This document shows, piece by piece, positions 13,070 through 26,413 of a stretch of DNA of 64,000 nt. The notes below the pieces were generated by a model. The model was given only the letters and a program-made list of their open reading frames with translations, was not told the DNA's origin and ran no database searches. Source of the DNA: Marsupella aquatica. Taxonomy: Eukaryota > Plantae > Marchantiophyta. A program made the translations under genes and the position numbers. Within the stretch, counting starts at the first letter, position 1. Each line of letters starts with the position of its first letter. The stretch spans positions 12,876,549-12,940,548 of the forward strand of contig OZ316896.1 of assembly GCA_973895155.1 (NCBI GenBank), in the 5' to 3' direction.

Positions 13070-13190
13070 CTTGGGCCCCCCTTTTTGTATGTTTGTTATT
13101 TGAATGGAATTCATTTGGTTGTTTTGGGGGCCCCCCTTTTTGTATGTTTGTTATTTGAATCGAATTCATTTGGTTGTTTTGGGGGCCTAA
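13070..13190. repeat. ~56-bp direct tandem duplication
   Basis: GGGCCCCCCTTTTTGTATGTTTGTTATTTGAAT.GAATTCATTTGGTTGTTTTGGGG x2. Confidence 0.85.
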
Positions 13191-13857
13191 GTTTGTAAAT
13201 GTAATTTGGGATGAAATTCCATTTACAAATTTAGAGCTCCATGAATTAGAATCCTTTGCTGCAGAATTGCCCCACTTCAATTTTTGTAGGAACAGTAAAT
13301 TGCATGCTAACATTTTGCGGTGTGCGTGTAGATGTCTAGTCTATTGTATAAGATTCACTTGGCTTGAGGGGAGAGGCAGTGATTAATTAAGTGATACGAG
13401 AGGGTACCTACTACCTAGCCTCCATAACCTCTCCCACGATGTTGCTTGCAGACCCATGACGTGGAGGGCCCAGCAAAGGGCCAGGCCAGGCCAGAAGACT
13501 GCCTTGATTTGTCTTCGCTGCCTTTAGTGTCTTCGCTGCCTCGCTGCCTCCCGTCGACTTATAGTGCATAAAAACAGTTATAATTATAGCAAACCCACGT
13601 GCAGAGAAGAGCGTACCATCTGTGGATTCCCAGGACTGCGTCCGATCCATTCATCCATTGGCCTGCGGTCGAACTCGCGAAGAAGATGGCCGACCAAGCG
13701 ACAAAGCCCTGCAATGCATTTGTCCGCGAGGGGGAGTGGTTAGGAGGAGTTATTATAATTACTGTCATCGACAAGATCTCGGTGAGCAGTGCACTACTAT
13801 GGACTCTCTCCACTTCGGCCATCATCAACGAGGTTGCTTTAGTGGACTCATCACTCT

Positions 13858-14016
13858 ATCAGTGCTTGCTCTGTTGCTCGTCTGATCAGTTGCCGTGGAC
13901 TCATCAGTGCTTGCTTGCTCTGTTTCTCGTCTGATCAGTGCTTGCTTGCTCGCTCTGTTGCTCGTCTGATCAGTGCTTGCTTGCTCGCTCTGTTGCTCGT
14001 CTGATCAGTTGCCGTG
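13858..14016. repeat. Tandem array of 27-35-bp units ATCAGTGCTTGC(TTGC)(TCGC)TCTGTTGCTCGTCTG
   Basis: Four units read directly; junctions form the CTGATCAG palindrome. Confidence 0.9.
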
Positions 14017-17000
14017 CTGCACACTGTAGCTTTCTGGTGTCCGTGGTGCTTTCTTCACTCCCGAGTCCTAACTTCCAGTCCTGACCCGCGAATGTCGCGA
14101 TAGCCTCGTTTCATTGGCCAGGCGCAATCGGTCTGACTGGCAAATCTTCACAGTACGTAGTCTCCATCCCGGTCGGCTCACGAGGCTCACGAGACAGGAC
14201 TAATCAAGACCTTGTGGGCACCTCCAGTAGTTTCTTTTCCATTTTGCTTCAAACTCTGTTCTTGCTGAGACAGAAGTAAGCCTTACCACTCTTCCCTTTT
14301 TCCTCTACGGAAATTAAAGAAACGGCGCATCCACCGAGATAGTTCGCAGTTGTCCCGTCAAGGTAGATGGATATGTTTTGTCCTGCAGTTTGTAGAGCAT
14401 GAACTCAAGGTCTTCATGCCAGTGTGATGTTGGGGTCCTCTAGGAAAATCTGGCCGGATTCAGGTGGAGCACTTGCGAAAGAAACTCGGGCTCACTGTTG
14501 TACTGGTAATCTTAAAAAACTGAAGAACGTTCATACTGAACTTCATACTACTTTCCGTTGACTTATGCTGTCTGTGCAGCTCAATGTAGTAGTGTCTTGA
14601 TCGAATTGTGTTGTCTGACAGACTCAAGCCAGCGTTCTAGAGAATTGGTAGTTCTGGCGTTTCGCTCCCTGATGGTGGATTGGATCGATGGCTCACCTGG
14701 CATCGGAATATCGTTTAGGGTCCAGCTACTGCAAGCTCGATCCTACCTGGGTGCACTGGTCGACCTTGTCAAGTCCGTCGCATCGGGATGGCTTGGCAAC
14801 TTTGCGTTACTGCAGCTAAAGCAACCTTGGCTTTGGCGATTTTGCCATAGGATAACTACTCCGACCTTGGCTCTACCTCGGTGCATTGGTACAGTTTCAT
14901 GACGCACGACTGTAGCACAGCGAGTTGGCTGAATTTGTGCTCTAATTTCACGAAATTGATACGCATCTGCCGTGGTTTAACTTCTATTTCTCAAATCTAC
15001 ATTAAATTTCATGTGATGGATGGACAGCTCTTGCGATTGTCCTCGTAAGCAACTATGATAATTGCTGCAATAAGGTAGCTGATGGAGCCGATGTCGAGTT
15101 AAGATGCTCTTTAAATCAATGGCGTTCATGAGAGAGGTTTATCAAATCAGCGCTGTAGAGCCCTCTCGCCGCTGTAGAGCACTCTCGCCCCGCTGTACAG
15201 TCACTAATCTACTGTAGTGGACCCGAGCCTGACCGTTCCCCCGCTTGCAAGAGTCCCGACATCGAACTGAAATGTATGATTGTCATGAACTGTACGGTCT
15301 ATGAATTAGATGCATGAGAAAGTGCTCACCGATAATCGAGACCTCTGATATTTCATAGACAGGGACAATAACGACACCGGCAACCTGGGAATGGGAAGAA
15401 ATATACAGTAGGGACGACCATTACGTCAGTCATTGTGCTGGGGGCAACGACCTTGTGAATAACAGGTCGGTTCTGAAAGGTGATTGCTTTTGACTGGCTA
15501 CCTTTCGGGACACCTTTGATCTGGACTTCAAGGTACCTGCACTCAGATCAAAGCAAGCTTAATATTGTCGTCAGAGTTTCCATGGACGTCCTATGTTACA
15601 TTGCCGAACAACTCTCTGCTAGGAACTACAGAACGAAAACTAATATCTGCTCTCATCCATTGAGTCGGAGTCCCGGGCCTAATCAGAGTCACTGTTCATG
15701 CCGAACATGTATCTTACACGTTTGTCAAACAAGTTTCCTGGGATTCAAGGGGCCGAGAATTGGACTCGTAGGCTTTGCTCCTTGGTTATAATACAGAGAT
15801 TGCTACGCACGTTACAACAAACGCCTGTTATCACCGAAAACTGTTTCGCGAGGACGCTGTCGCTGACCCCATTAAACATGACTTCATCGCACCACTTTGT
15901 GCAAAACTCTCCTAGTTATTTTGCAGCTCTCAGTGATCTGAAGTCCCCTTTGCATTGAACGAATACAACGACTTGATACTGATTCATCACTTCGCAAATT
16001 TCTCTGGTGTTCTGAGCACGTTAAATTTACGTGCTTGATGAAGTCTGATCATTGTGCGGAGAGATACTGTACTGACGTTCTTCAATTGTCCGCATCCTTA
16101 CCGTGGGTACTCTATGTGATTCCCTGACACTGCGGCTGAGCCTAAGTTGCCACCAGAGAAGGACTGTACGGTGGACAGTTACCATCACTTCTTTGCTTCT
16201 CAGGATAGTTTCCCTTTCGAAAGGAAATCTAAACTACCTCCGACGCCTCCGGTCCTCTTCGCGGGTGTCGCTCCCTTTCTGGGGCCCTCCCACTATGTAT
16301 GCTGTTTCTTAAACTGTACTTCTGTGAAATCGTCGTTCCGAGGCAAAAACAATAACTACTCCCACACGGTAGATCTTTGTTCCGAGGTAAAAACAATAAC
16401 TACTCCCACACGGGAGATGTTCCACAGACGGATTTCACAGTGCATTGATTTCCCATAAAATACAGTAACCTAACACGAGCAAATCCTCGAATGAAATTTA
16501 AATCCATTACTCACTGGGCAAGGGGGATTCCTACCGGTTTAGAAGATTTAACGAAACCTACTGAGAAGCCATCCAGTCTCTTAGTAGTCCTAATCAAGTT
16601 AGCGACAGATATACTAGCAGATTTATATTCACCAGCACTACCTCAGCATAACGATCTAATCAAACAATGGGGAGTTCCGAAAGGTTTTCTTCTAGGACAG
16701 AAATTGTTCTTGAATGAACGGAACAGTCAAAACTGCTCCGACACCTACGGCCACGAAAAATATAATGGCAATGCACGTCAAAGACATCCAGCCGAACCAT
16801 TCCTTACCGCAAACGTCCTGCCATTACCGTAATGAAATGCACACTGGCGGACAGAGATTGCTGGATACTCTTCGCAGCAGTGCATCGCACAGGCACGATC
16901 ATGCATGCATGTTACTGCTGGTCTTTAGCAGTCTTTAGCTGTCCCGCAGAACCACGATCTTGACCTTATTTATGGCGAGACTATCCGAGCTTTCCTCAAC

Positions 17001-17296
17001 TGGCAGCTCTCCCTGAATCACCAATGAGTGATGACCACACCTTTAGGAACTTCGTGAAGCTAGCGGTGAGAGTTAGTGGACATAACAGGGCTTTGTAGCC
17101 TGCTCGTTGTTATCTGTCCGAGAGTGTAGTTGATTGTGTTCAAAAAGAGTTGAAAAGTAGAGAATCTACACGTGGACAAGGACATCCCTTCCTGACTTCG
17201 GTTGTACTCACAATGGGGAAGTCGCCAACGACACTGCGTGTGTCCTGAAGTGCGAGCCACCGAACTTGTTGTATTTTGCATTGTACTCGTAACATT

Positions 17297-17490
17297 ACGA
17301 TTTCAATTTGCAAGATGTTGTCAAATGAGACTGTCTGCAACGCATGACAAGATATACGAAGGCCACTGTACATACTTGTGTCGGAGAATACGATTTCAAT
17401 TTGCACGATGCTGTCAAATGAGACTGTCTGCACTCTGCAAGGCATGACGAGATACATTACGAAGGCCACTTTACATACTTGTGTCGGAGA
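17297..17490. repeat. ~92-100-bp tandem duplication
   Basis: TACGATTTCAATTTGCA.GATG.TGTCAAATGAGACTGTCTGCA...ACATACTTGTGTCGGAGAA x2. Confidence 0.85.
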
Positions 17491-18827
17491 ACATAGAACT
17501 GATCTACATTAAGCCTGTCAGCAGTAAATCTCGACTAAAATTCTGACAATGATGAGAAAGTAATATCAAAGTAATAATATTGAGATAGATAATTGGTAGA
17601 GACTTCATCCACAAAGCAAGCACCATCTGAGAACCACACCCTTGCTATTATTTTGATGAGATCTTTGTATGCGTTACTGACTGACGCACTTGTTCGTCAC
17701 ATATGCCACACTGACCTTTTTGTGCAAATGCTCTTATAAAAAGGCTTCATGATAAACTAGGGAACAAGTAGAATCTTGACTTCGATTTGCGTAGTGCTTT
17801 TCCATTTCCCGTTCATTTGACTTCGACTTTCGTAGTGCTTTCATAGAATACTGTTCAGAAAGAGCCTGAACTACTGTACTCATGGAACGGAGAATAAAAC
17901 GTCAACCTAAGCTGCCACAACGATTATTACAGGTGGCCCCACCATTATTCCCTTCAAGTGTCATGACACTGCATCCCGAAAATAGGTTGTGAATTGGTCA
18001 CTCTCTAGTGCGGCGCAGCCAGCTAGCAACCATCCACTCTGGCTCTTCCTTAAGGATAGTTAGAAAACAAAATCAATGAGTCCTTTTTGCCAAAACCGGC
18101 CAAAGTAAATAACTGACTCTGACATAATGTGTCAGTCATGCAACTTGGACCATAAGTAGTGCAATCATCTACACAATCACACCAGCGAGAAGACGGGACC
18201 GCTGGCAACGAGACATCGAGAAATTCCCCTCCCTGCTAATGATAAGGAGTGATCCGGTGCAGTCGATTCACCAATGAGAAGGAAATGCTCAATCGCAGAC
18301 CAAGAAGAAAACCAGCTTCCGAATTCACGAAGCTGCGAAGAAATCGTCGCCAACTTAAAGCCGCCATCGCCGGGGACGATACGCCTTTCACCTCTTCCGG
18401 TGCGAACAAGTGACGCCTCTCACACTCGCATGGACCGCAACAGATAATGATTGCGTGCTTGCTCCTCACAGTCGTCCCTCCAGTGCTCCAGCCAGCTCCT
18501 CCAGGAAGTATTGTTCGACTCTGAACGCGGTCGCCATCAAAGTAGTCGCCCTCGTCTTCGCACTAAAATTCATTCATCCACAACCTTCCTGGCCGATCGA
18601 CCAACGAGCTCCCTCAAGTTCTCAACAAGACGTCTTCACAGGAGAGCGACGCAACATCGCATTAATCGTTAATGACCGAGTCCAGTAGTAGAACTCCCGT
18701 CCCGCGGCACCCCTCTGCCGAGTGCACGAGACCTCTCCCATCCCAACCCGACCTGCTTCACGCATCCTCGTCGAGCCCGCCAATTTTTTTTCCTTACTAC
18801 GACATAGGAGTATACGTATAGGGTAAG

Positions 18828-18964
18828 GATGGTCCAGCCGTCCATTACAGGGGCTTAGCGGAACCACCGGGCTCTGACACAGGCGTGACCGGCGAAAGCC
18901 AGGAGCCCCTAGGGAGGAAACTAGGAGGCCCGGTACACCCCAGTAATGGACGGCCAGGATCGTC
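18828..18964 (+). other. Multi-branched stem-loop (candidate structured RNA or cis element)
   Basis: Nested pairings: GATGGTCC/GGATCGTC, GCCGTCCATTAC/GTAATGGACGGC, GGGG/CCCC, ACCGGGCT/GGCCCGGT, GGC-GAAA-GCC, CCTAG/CTAGG. Confidence 0.55.
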
Positions 18965-19722
18965 ATTGGCACACCTAAATGCGATCTTGGTTGTAGGGCT
19001 ACCGGTCAGCGGAGGTGTGGAGATCTGGGACCATTCATTTGAATCTGCGACGCATCCCGACCGTCCATGCAATCATAGCCAAGTATCCTGCAAATAGGGC
19101 GGGTTGTGTCTGCTCATTGTCGTTGTTGTTTACGAGCGACTAAGCGTGAGTGGATTGCAGCAAAGCGCTGCGCGATTGCAACAAGCGGATTGCAGCAAGG
19201 CGCTGTGCGATCAAGCAATTGGGAGGCCCTACGAAGTCAAGCAATGGCGAGGCGCTGCTCTGAAGCTCATGGCGATGGTGGCGGGGTGGAGCATGGTGCG
19301 TTTGAGCAATTTCAAAACAGAATTTGATGATGCTATGATCACACGGGGTTTCTCCTTTTGAAATTTGTGTTGTGTTGTGCAAATCATGGAGAGCGAGGTA
19401 GAATCGCATGCAGCGTGGGATTGGAGTCTCGACAAGTGGCCCGACAAGTGGTCAGGTTGTTTCTTTCTGAGTTTCAGTATGTATGCATTGCTGTGGATGT
19501 TCAATCGTTGTTTAAACCACACCTGCCCCTACAAAGGGCTACATGTAACCCGTAGCTCTCATTCTAAGGAGGAGAAGTTCAGAAATGTGCTTTGAGCTCC
19601 ACAAAAGGTGCTGACTACAAAACCTTTTTTGGCAAGTACTCCACAAAACGTGCTAGTGTTCCACCTTTTATGGTGAGTAGGGAGACATGGAATGAGGCTT
19701 TTATAGTGGAAGGTGTGGTTTA

Positions 19723-21160
19723 ATGGTTGTAGCGGTCGAGCAGCTTGTGTCATTTGGAGTGATCTGTGAGCTAGCACAGGAGCTCGCTCAAGAGCATTGG
19801 TTTTGTAATAGCATTAGGATGGAGGCAGAGTTTAGTGACGGAGTTGTCCCTGACAGTTATTCAGATGTCGAGATGGATATGTTTCTTTTGGTTGATTTGA
19901 GTTGTGACAAGGAGGCATGCGATCTTTCTGAGTTCAATGCGGCTAGTGCATTTGATGAGGCATCTATCGAAGCTATTTCTATGGATGTGCTATCCACTTT
20001 ATCCGAGCCTGATGTCATTGGGGTTGAGTGTTGTGTGCAGGTTACTGAACATAGCAGTGTAGTTCAAGTTGATGGAAACTGTGTGTTGGGCTCGAGGAAG
20101 GATCATGTGGAAGTAAGCCTTTCGGGCTTGAGACTTCTACCTGATCTTGTGCTAGAGGAAGCAGGCCGAGGGTTGGAGAAGTTGTCGTCTGCTCACAATG
20201 ATCAGAGGGCTGTGAGGAGGGCTGACGGTTTGTGGAAGGGGATTGGGTGGGACTTAAGTGTTGCATTTGGGGACCTGCCGCTTGCGGAGGTGGACAAGTT
20301 ACTGAGCACTATTTTGCCCGTGAAGAAAGACAGTAATGTTTACCCATCATCTTCCCTCATGAATGAAATGAATGGCTTTAATCAAGTGTTGAGGCGTGGC
20401 AGTGACGTGAGGTCGCTTAAGGGCTCTACTTACATTTTTCCATGAGATTTCAACATCAACTCACATCCGGCCTTCACAAAAACTGGAATGGTGTTGAAAG
20501 CTGCCATCCATAAGTCTACGAAGGAAGGGGCTAACAAGAAACAAAAGAAGGTGAGAGTTGTGACTTTGCATTCTCTTTGAAGACTGTGTGCGCTTGCAGA
20601 TCTGCTTGACTGTTCTAACTTTCAGTTGATCTCATGCAGGTGAAGATACTAACTGAGGAGCATGAAAAAGCGATAATGACCGACATTGCCCACCAAGTGA
20701 CTATTAGTCATGGATGCCAGAAGCAGCTGGCATTTTACTGCTTGGTTTGGCTTGGCATTCGTGGAGGTGGCGAGCTCTATGATCTCCTCAGAGGCAACTT
20801 ATCTGTCTGTATTGATAAGGCGAGAAGAAGTCATGTGCAGTAAGTGTTCTTGGTTCAGCTGTATCTGTCTAATGAGATTTAGCTTTGTTGTATTTGTTTA
20901 TTGGTTGTCAGTGATACTAATAGATTGTAGTATTTGCAGGTTTGAGGAGCGCCAGAGTAAGAATAACTCTTACACTCTGGATTGGTACAATGAAGAGCAG
21001 TTTAGAAAGCAGTATCATAGTTATGAAGTTGATTTTGTTCTAACTGACAACCAGTACAAGCGCCACTTATGTCCGGAAGGAGAGTACATCAGCAAAACCG
21101 GACCTCTTCATGCAGGCGATCCAGAGTCCTGCTGGGAATGTGTGGTATAATGAGGTCCAC
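19723..21160 (+). pseudogene. Crypton/DUF3504-like tyrosine recombinase pseudogene; exons 19723-20550, 20640-20839, 20940-~21160; 3' truncated
   Basis: Spliced translation: DLPLAEVDKLLS..VKKDSNVYPSSSL...FNINSHPAFTKTGMVLKAAIHKSTKEG..|VKILTEEHEKAI...LAFYCLVWLGIRGGGELYDL...|FEERQSKNN...LFMQAI..GNVWY. GT-AG introns preserve the frame. One TGA at 20443 and one frameshift near 21100. Confidence 0.72.
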
Positions 21161-24100
21161 AAAGTCTCCTTTATATCCCATTAAGGGATAGCCCTGGTCC
21201 TTAACCATATACGAGTTACTCACGATAGCATTAGATCTTCTCAAATCTGACAAAATATGAGAATCAGCTATCTCACATGTATTATTTTGATAAAGTTTTT
21301 ATTTCTTACTCGTCCCATGCCCCTGTGTTGTCTCATGCATTATTTTGTAAACTTTTTATTTTTCACTTGTCCCATGCCCCTGTGGTTGTCTCAAAGCAAA
21401 TCAGCTATCTCACATGTATATATTATTTTGGTACAACTTTTATTTTGTATCGTCCTTGGCCCCTGCGTTTTCTCAGAACAAGGCATCTTCAAGGAGGGAA
21501 TTGAATCAAATGTCAAGGAGAAACAAAGATCTCAAACCTAGGCAAAGGTGTCAAACAAGATGTCAAAGCAAAGCCAAAGTGTGAAGAAAAGCAAAGAAAT
21601 CAAGATGAGACAAGAAGGTTGTATACATTTTGTAAAGAGACAACTTGTGAGGCCGGACCGAATTAGTGTTTGATTACCGGGTGCCTACTCTTTGAACGTA
21701 TTCCCATTTTGCACCCCCTCTAGACAATTGGCCCTGAATAGAAGTTTTCTATGGCATTGTCTAGTTAGATTCATTCCCAAATTTTTCTGGACATAAAGTT
21801 TAGGCTATTTTTTCTGCCAACAAAGGTACCCCATCAAGCTTCCCCTAAAATTTGGGGTTGACAGTGTGACCTCTTGGTTTCATGGGCCAAAGGTTTCCCA
21901 CTGAGCCTGTGCCTGGTTGATACTGCTTGATTGATACAAGACTGAGCTGGGTGGTATAATTGAAATTTTTGACATGTTATAACCCCAGCGGCTGGTTTTA
22001 AACTAGATGGCCGGTTTAAAAGACTTCTACATGAATCACAATGGTTAAAAACAACTAGGACGGGAGTCTACCCATGAGGCATTTTTTGTTCTTTAGCAGC
22101 TTGCTATATACAGATGGGCTCTCTAACAAGATATGTGTCTCAAGTAATTCTTTCCATTACAAAAGTAGACATTTTCAAGTCTCGAAAGGTGCTGGTCTAT
22201 CCATAGTAGTTACTTCATCAAATGTTGCAGTCCATCCTAGCATCAACTTATTTTATAATGCCAAAAGATCTTAGCCAATAAAGATGTGAGAGACCATTTT
22301 GGAATTGAACGACCCCATCCTACTTATCCACGGGCCCCCTAAATTGCTGATATAGAGCGAGGATCCTATATGCCCAAACATCAATAGGTAGGATTGGTAG
22401 ATCCCCTAACTTGCTCATGTAAAGTGAGGATTTGCATTGCTTTTTAAGTACTAGTCCTAATACGTGTGCATATGTCCTTCCTGTGCAAAGGTTGAGGTCA
22501 AACATTGTCTAAATATTAAAAAATATGTCACCAGAGAAATTATGGTCTACAGCCAAATGTGCATGCGTTGCACAGGTCATGTTGAGGCAAACCGAAGATC
22601 TCGAGCTGAGGCAAACATGACCAGGTGAGGCAAGGATGTCAAGGATATCAAGGCAAGGAAAAACTTTCAGGCAAGTTTAGATGTCCAGGTGATGCAAAGA
22701 TGTGGAGTATGGGACAAGTTCATAAAGCAAGGCAAAGATGTCATGGAGAGGCAAGGCCGGGAGGCAAGGAAAGAAAGCACCCCACTGCAGAGTCCAAGCA
22801 CAACAGCATGAAAGGAGGGAATATTTTTTGTTTGAATTTTCAATTTTTAAATAAAGAAATGTTTTCTGCATTTTTATTTATACTCAAAATATTTTTCAAA
22901 TTTTCCAAACCTAATATCCGTTTATTAAATTTAGATTTATTTATTTATTTTAATTTAATATTTTCATCTTGGGCAGGTTTGGGCAGCTCGAGCAGACCAA
23001 GGCAATTGAGATTTAAGGGGGTATGTATGGATTTGACTCAGCAAGAAAAACAATTTCTTGATAAATGGCTAGAACTGGTTCCCACTTTTTTGTGAATTTG
23101 TAAAAGGACGAAGGACATTGTGGTGAGATTATAGTAGTACTAGCTCAATACCAGTGAATTGCACAAAGTGCTAAAAATGATATACCCTTGATTCCTGTTG
23201 CGCAAAAATGTTCTAGTATAAGGTGTCATGGCACAAATTAGTTTGAGAACCCCTTGTTTATGTAAGTTTGTTTTATTTAACTATTTGAAGTCATGAAGAG
23301 TTGCAAATTGGAATAGATGGATGAGAAGATAAAAATTAAATGAAGGATTCTAAATGAAATGAATTTTAAAGGTAATTAGGAAAATTTCAATGAAGAAAAA
23401 TAGGAGTACACCATGGTAATAATGAGGGTAATTCTCCATGCAAAAACTTTCCCTTAGCACCGTTATGTCTATACAACATATGTAAAATTCCATATAGTTC
23501 ATGCAAAATGTTACTTTCTCCATTGTAGTTAAAAGGCCTTAGAGTCACTTGGTATTCCTCTACCCCTAGTAGTTATGATGTTTCTTCCATTTCCTTGTTA
23601 CTACTCTATCCATAGGGTTTCTTAAGTTCTCTTAGTATATGTTAGAGAAGTTTATTGGGTTTCTTTTGTTACCCTTGGTAAATGTTAGAGTAGTTGAAGA
23701 GTTCCTTTGTATTTGTAATTATTTCAAAACTGTGCATTAAATAGAAAGTTGAAATAGATTATTTACAAAAAAATATTAGTATGTCAATCACAACTCATCC
23801 AAATGTTATTTTCTTTCACCCCTACCTTACCATTTTCTTTGTTTACTTGAAAGGTTATTTGTCAATTTTCTATTGTTTTTACAGTTATAGAGTCTAATTA
23901 TTTTTCTTTGCCTTGCCTCAAACACGAATAGTCAAATTTGGTCTTGCTTGCAGACTAAAGGTTCTTGTTGAGATTCCTCAAACATGAATAGTCTAATTTT
24001 GTTTTTCTTGTATAACTAAAGGTTCTTATTGAGATTCTCCATTCTGTGTGTCTTTTTTGGGCTGTTTGTAGTTTCCCCCTTCCCATGGGGTTTTCTAGAT

Positions 24101-24699
24101 TAAAATTATATAAAAGATAAACCATTTTAATGAACTAAAGGTTCTTGTTTGTGACAAATCATGATGATGTAGTTAGATGTGCATCCAAGAAATTTGAAAG
24201 GAACTTCACATGGGGGTGAGTAAAGACTGGTGACAACAACCACAAAGTATCACTAGGTAAGAATGACTTTTGTCTTTGTTTTTTCAATTTTTATTAATTT
24301 CTTTTAAAGGTTAAGGCCTAGGTTCCATGAAGTAGAGGTGTGTACATTTGAGGAGCACGGTTTTTTTCCATACATTTTTGTTTGTTTTTGGATCCAATCC
24401 AAAATATTCATGTGGCAAGGGGAGTCCCTGGAAAAATTAGCGGGGTAGGGAGTGTGGGCTCCCCTCACATTCCTTGATTTCTACCCCTGAATACCGGGCC
24501 AATCGGTTCCTGAAGCCAAAACCGGCTGCATCGTATCGGTGCGCAGAATAAAAGAAGCCCGTCGTGACGCTATCGTGATAGTTCAATTATTCATGATGAA
24601 ATTACTATCACTACGTATATTATTAAATATATAAATTAGGTTTATATTTTACTACGGGATAACTAAATAGTTAGACTATTACTTATGTGTATGCAAAGT

Positions 24700-25030
24700 A
24701 AACAACTATGCAAGCCACAAGATGCATGCAGCACAAATTATTTAGATGCATATGCAAATTTTTTTATTTACATATATTAATTATTTTATGTGCATACAAG
24801 ATGAACAAATATGCAAGCCACAAGGTGTATACATAAATTATTTTAGATGCATACAAATTGAACAAATGTGCAAGCCACAAGGTACATGCACAAATTGTTT
24901 TATTTGCATGTCTTAGTTGTTTTATGCCCATGCAAGGTGAGAAAATATGCAACCCATAAGGTGCATGCATGCATAAATTGTTTTATGTGCATGAATTTAG
25001 TTATTTTACTTGCATGCATCAATTGTTTTG
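24700..25030. repeat. Degenerate ~59-bp AT-rich tandem repeat (ATGCAAGCCACAAGG..CAT)
   Basis: Four to five recurring units. Confidence 0.7.
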
Positions 25031-26413
25031 ATTGCAATAGTACTAACACACATTCTTACATTGGATGTGTGTCACTTGGCTTTCATCCAAACATTTGGGC
25101 GTAATCCATGTCATCTTGGATTCAATATAAATAAAGTGGTGAGGGGCACTCTCTCCTCATACCCATATTTTGATAATTTTCGCGTCTCTCATCTTTCCTT
25201 TCTATTCTTTGCCTTGTGTACATAGTAGTGGGGCATTCTTTGGCCCGGATAGCAAAGAAATGAGTGATAGACTTATAGATGGGACCTTAGAGAACAAGTT
25301 CTCTGTGGAAACTTATGGGTGGGGCATCCTTTGGCCCAGATAACAAAGGAACAAGACAGCCATTATGAATCCAGGAGGGAAAAATATCCCTAATCTTCCC
25401 CTTTGTAACCTATTTTTTGTTAGAGTCCATCTTTTAGACAAGCCATCCATGAGGCAACATTTAACCTATCACTTTGGAGCTCAATTTGCAGCTGTTGTTA
25501 TGATTTCTAATGAGCCAATACTATACCTAGTAGTGTCTTACCAAGGGGAGTGGGATTGCATTATCTTTATCCTCTATTGAAGTCATGGATCTAAATAGGA
25601 GTCCAGATGACATTCTTATTTTATTTTTTCTTGGAGATATTATGATCATATGTCGTAGAAAAATTAATTTTCGAGAGGTGTTGATCCCCAAATATGGTGA
25701 AATAAGATTTAATAGTATATGAATTTCACCTGAACCTCTCTTAATACCCACTACCCTTCTTACAAGAGTTATCATTTTGGTTTTAGTGTAGAACTTATGG
25801 GCATGCAAGATTGATTCATAAGAGCCAACATGCTCTTACTAGAAAACATGGTCACAACGCTACAAAGCCCTCCCCGATAGTTTCTTGTTCCTTTTGAGAT
25901 CACTTTCGCGAATGAGGAATTTTGAGCGTAGATGTGAATGTTGTTGATTTTGGAAGTTGATTTCACGAGAATGACCTACAAAGTTAATCAAAGCCATCTT
26001 GCAAGACTGACATTGCAATTCTTTTTTCTGAAGGTATGTAGAAATTTCCAATTCTTGAATCTATCGTCTCGTCTGTCAAGTCCATTGAAATGGAGAAGAA
26101 AATTTGTTCGAATTTCATTCTAGATAGAGGCTTGTCAATTTTGTAGCTTTGCTTCAATACTCATCCACAAATTACCTCTCGCAATGCAATGTTAATAAGG
26201 TTGCACTAGTGACCCTTTGCTATAGAATTTAACAATGCAAAGAACACCGCGAACGTGACCATTATTGCCACACAATAAATTTGAAGCCATTCACAAATGA
26301 AGTGGTGCTTGCAATTTTTCAAATGTTTTAGGGTGGCGTATCTTCAACTAGCTAAGCTTCAGCAAGGACGAGGTCATTGAATTATGCCAGAAGCATAGAA
26401 TCTGTCTTCAAGA

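Noticed and set aside
18828-18964. Hammerhead ribozyme, SRP RNA or RNase MRP identity for the hairpin
   Set aside because: No CUGAnGA core on either strand. Helix order does not fit the SRP S-domain. The GGGGCTTA motif has no appropriately placed upstream GAAAGUCCCC partner.
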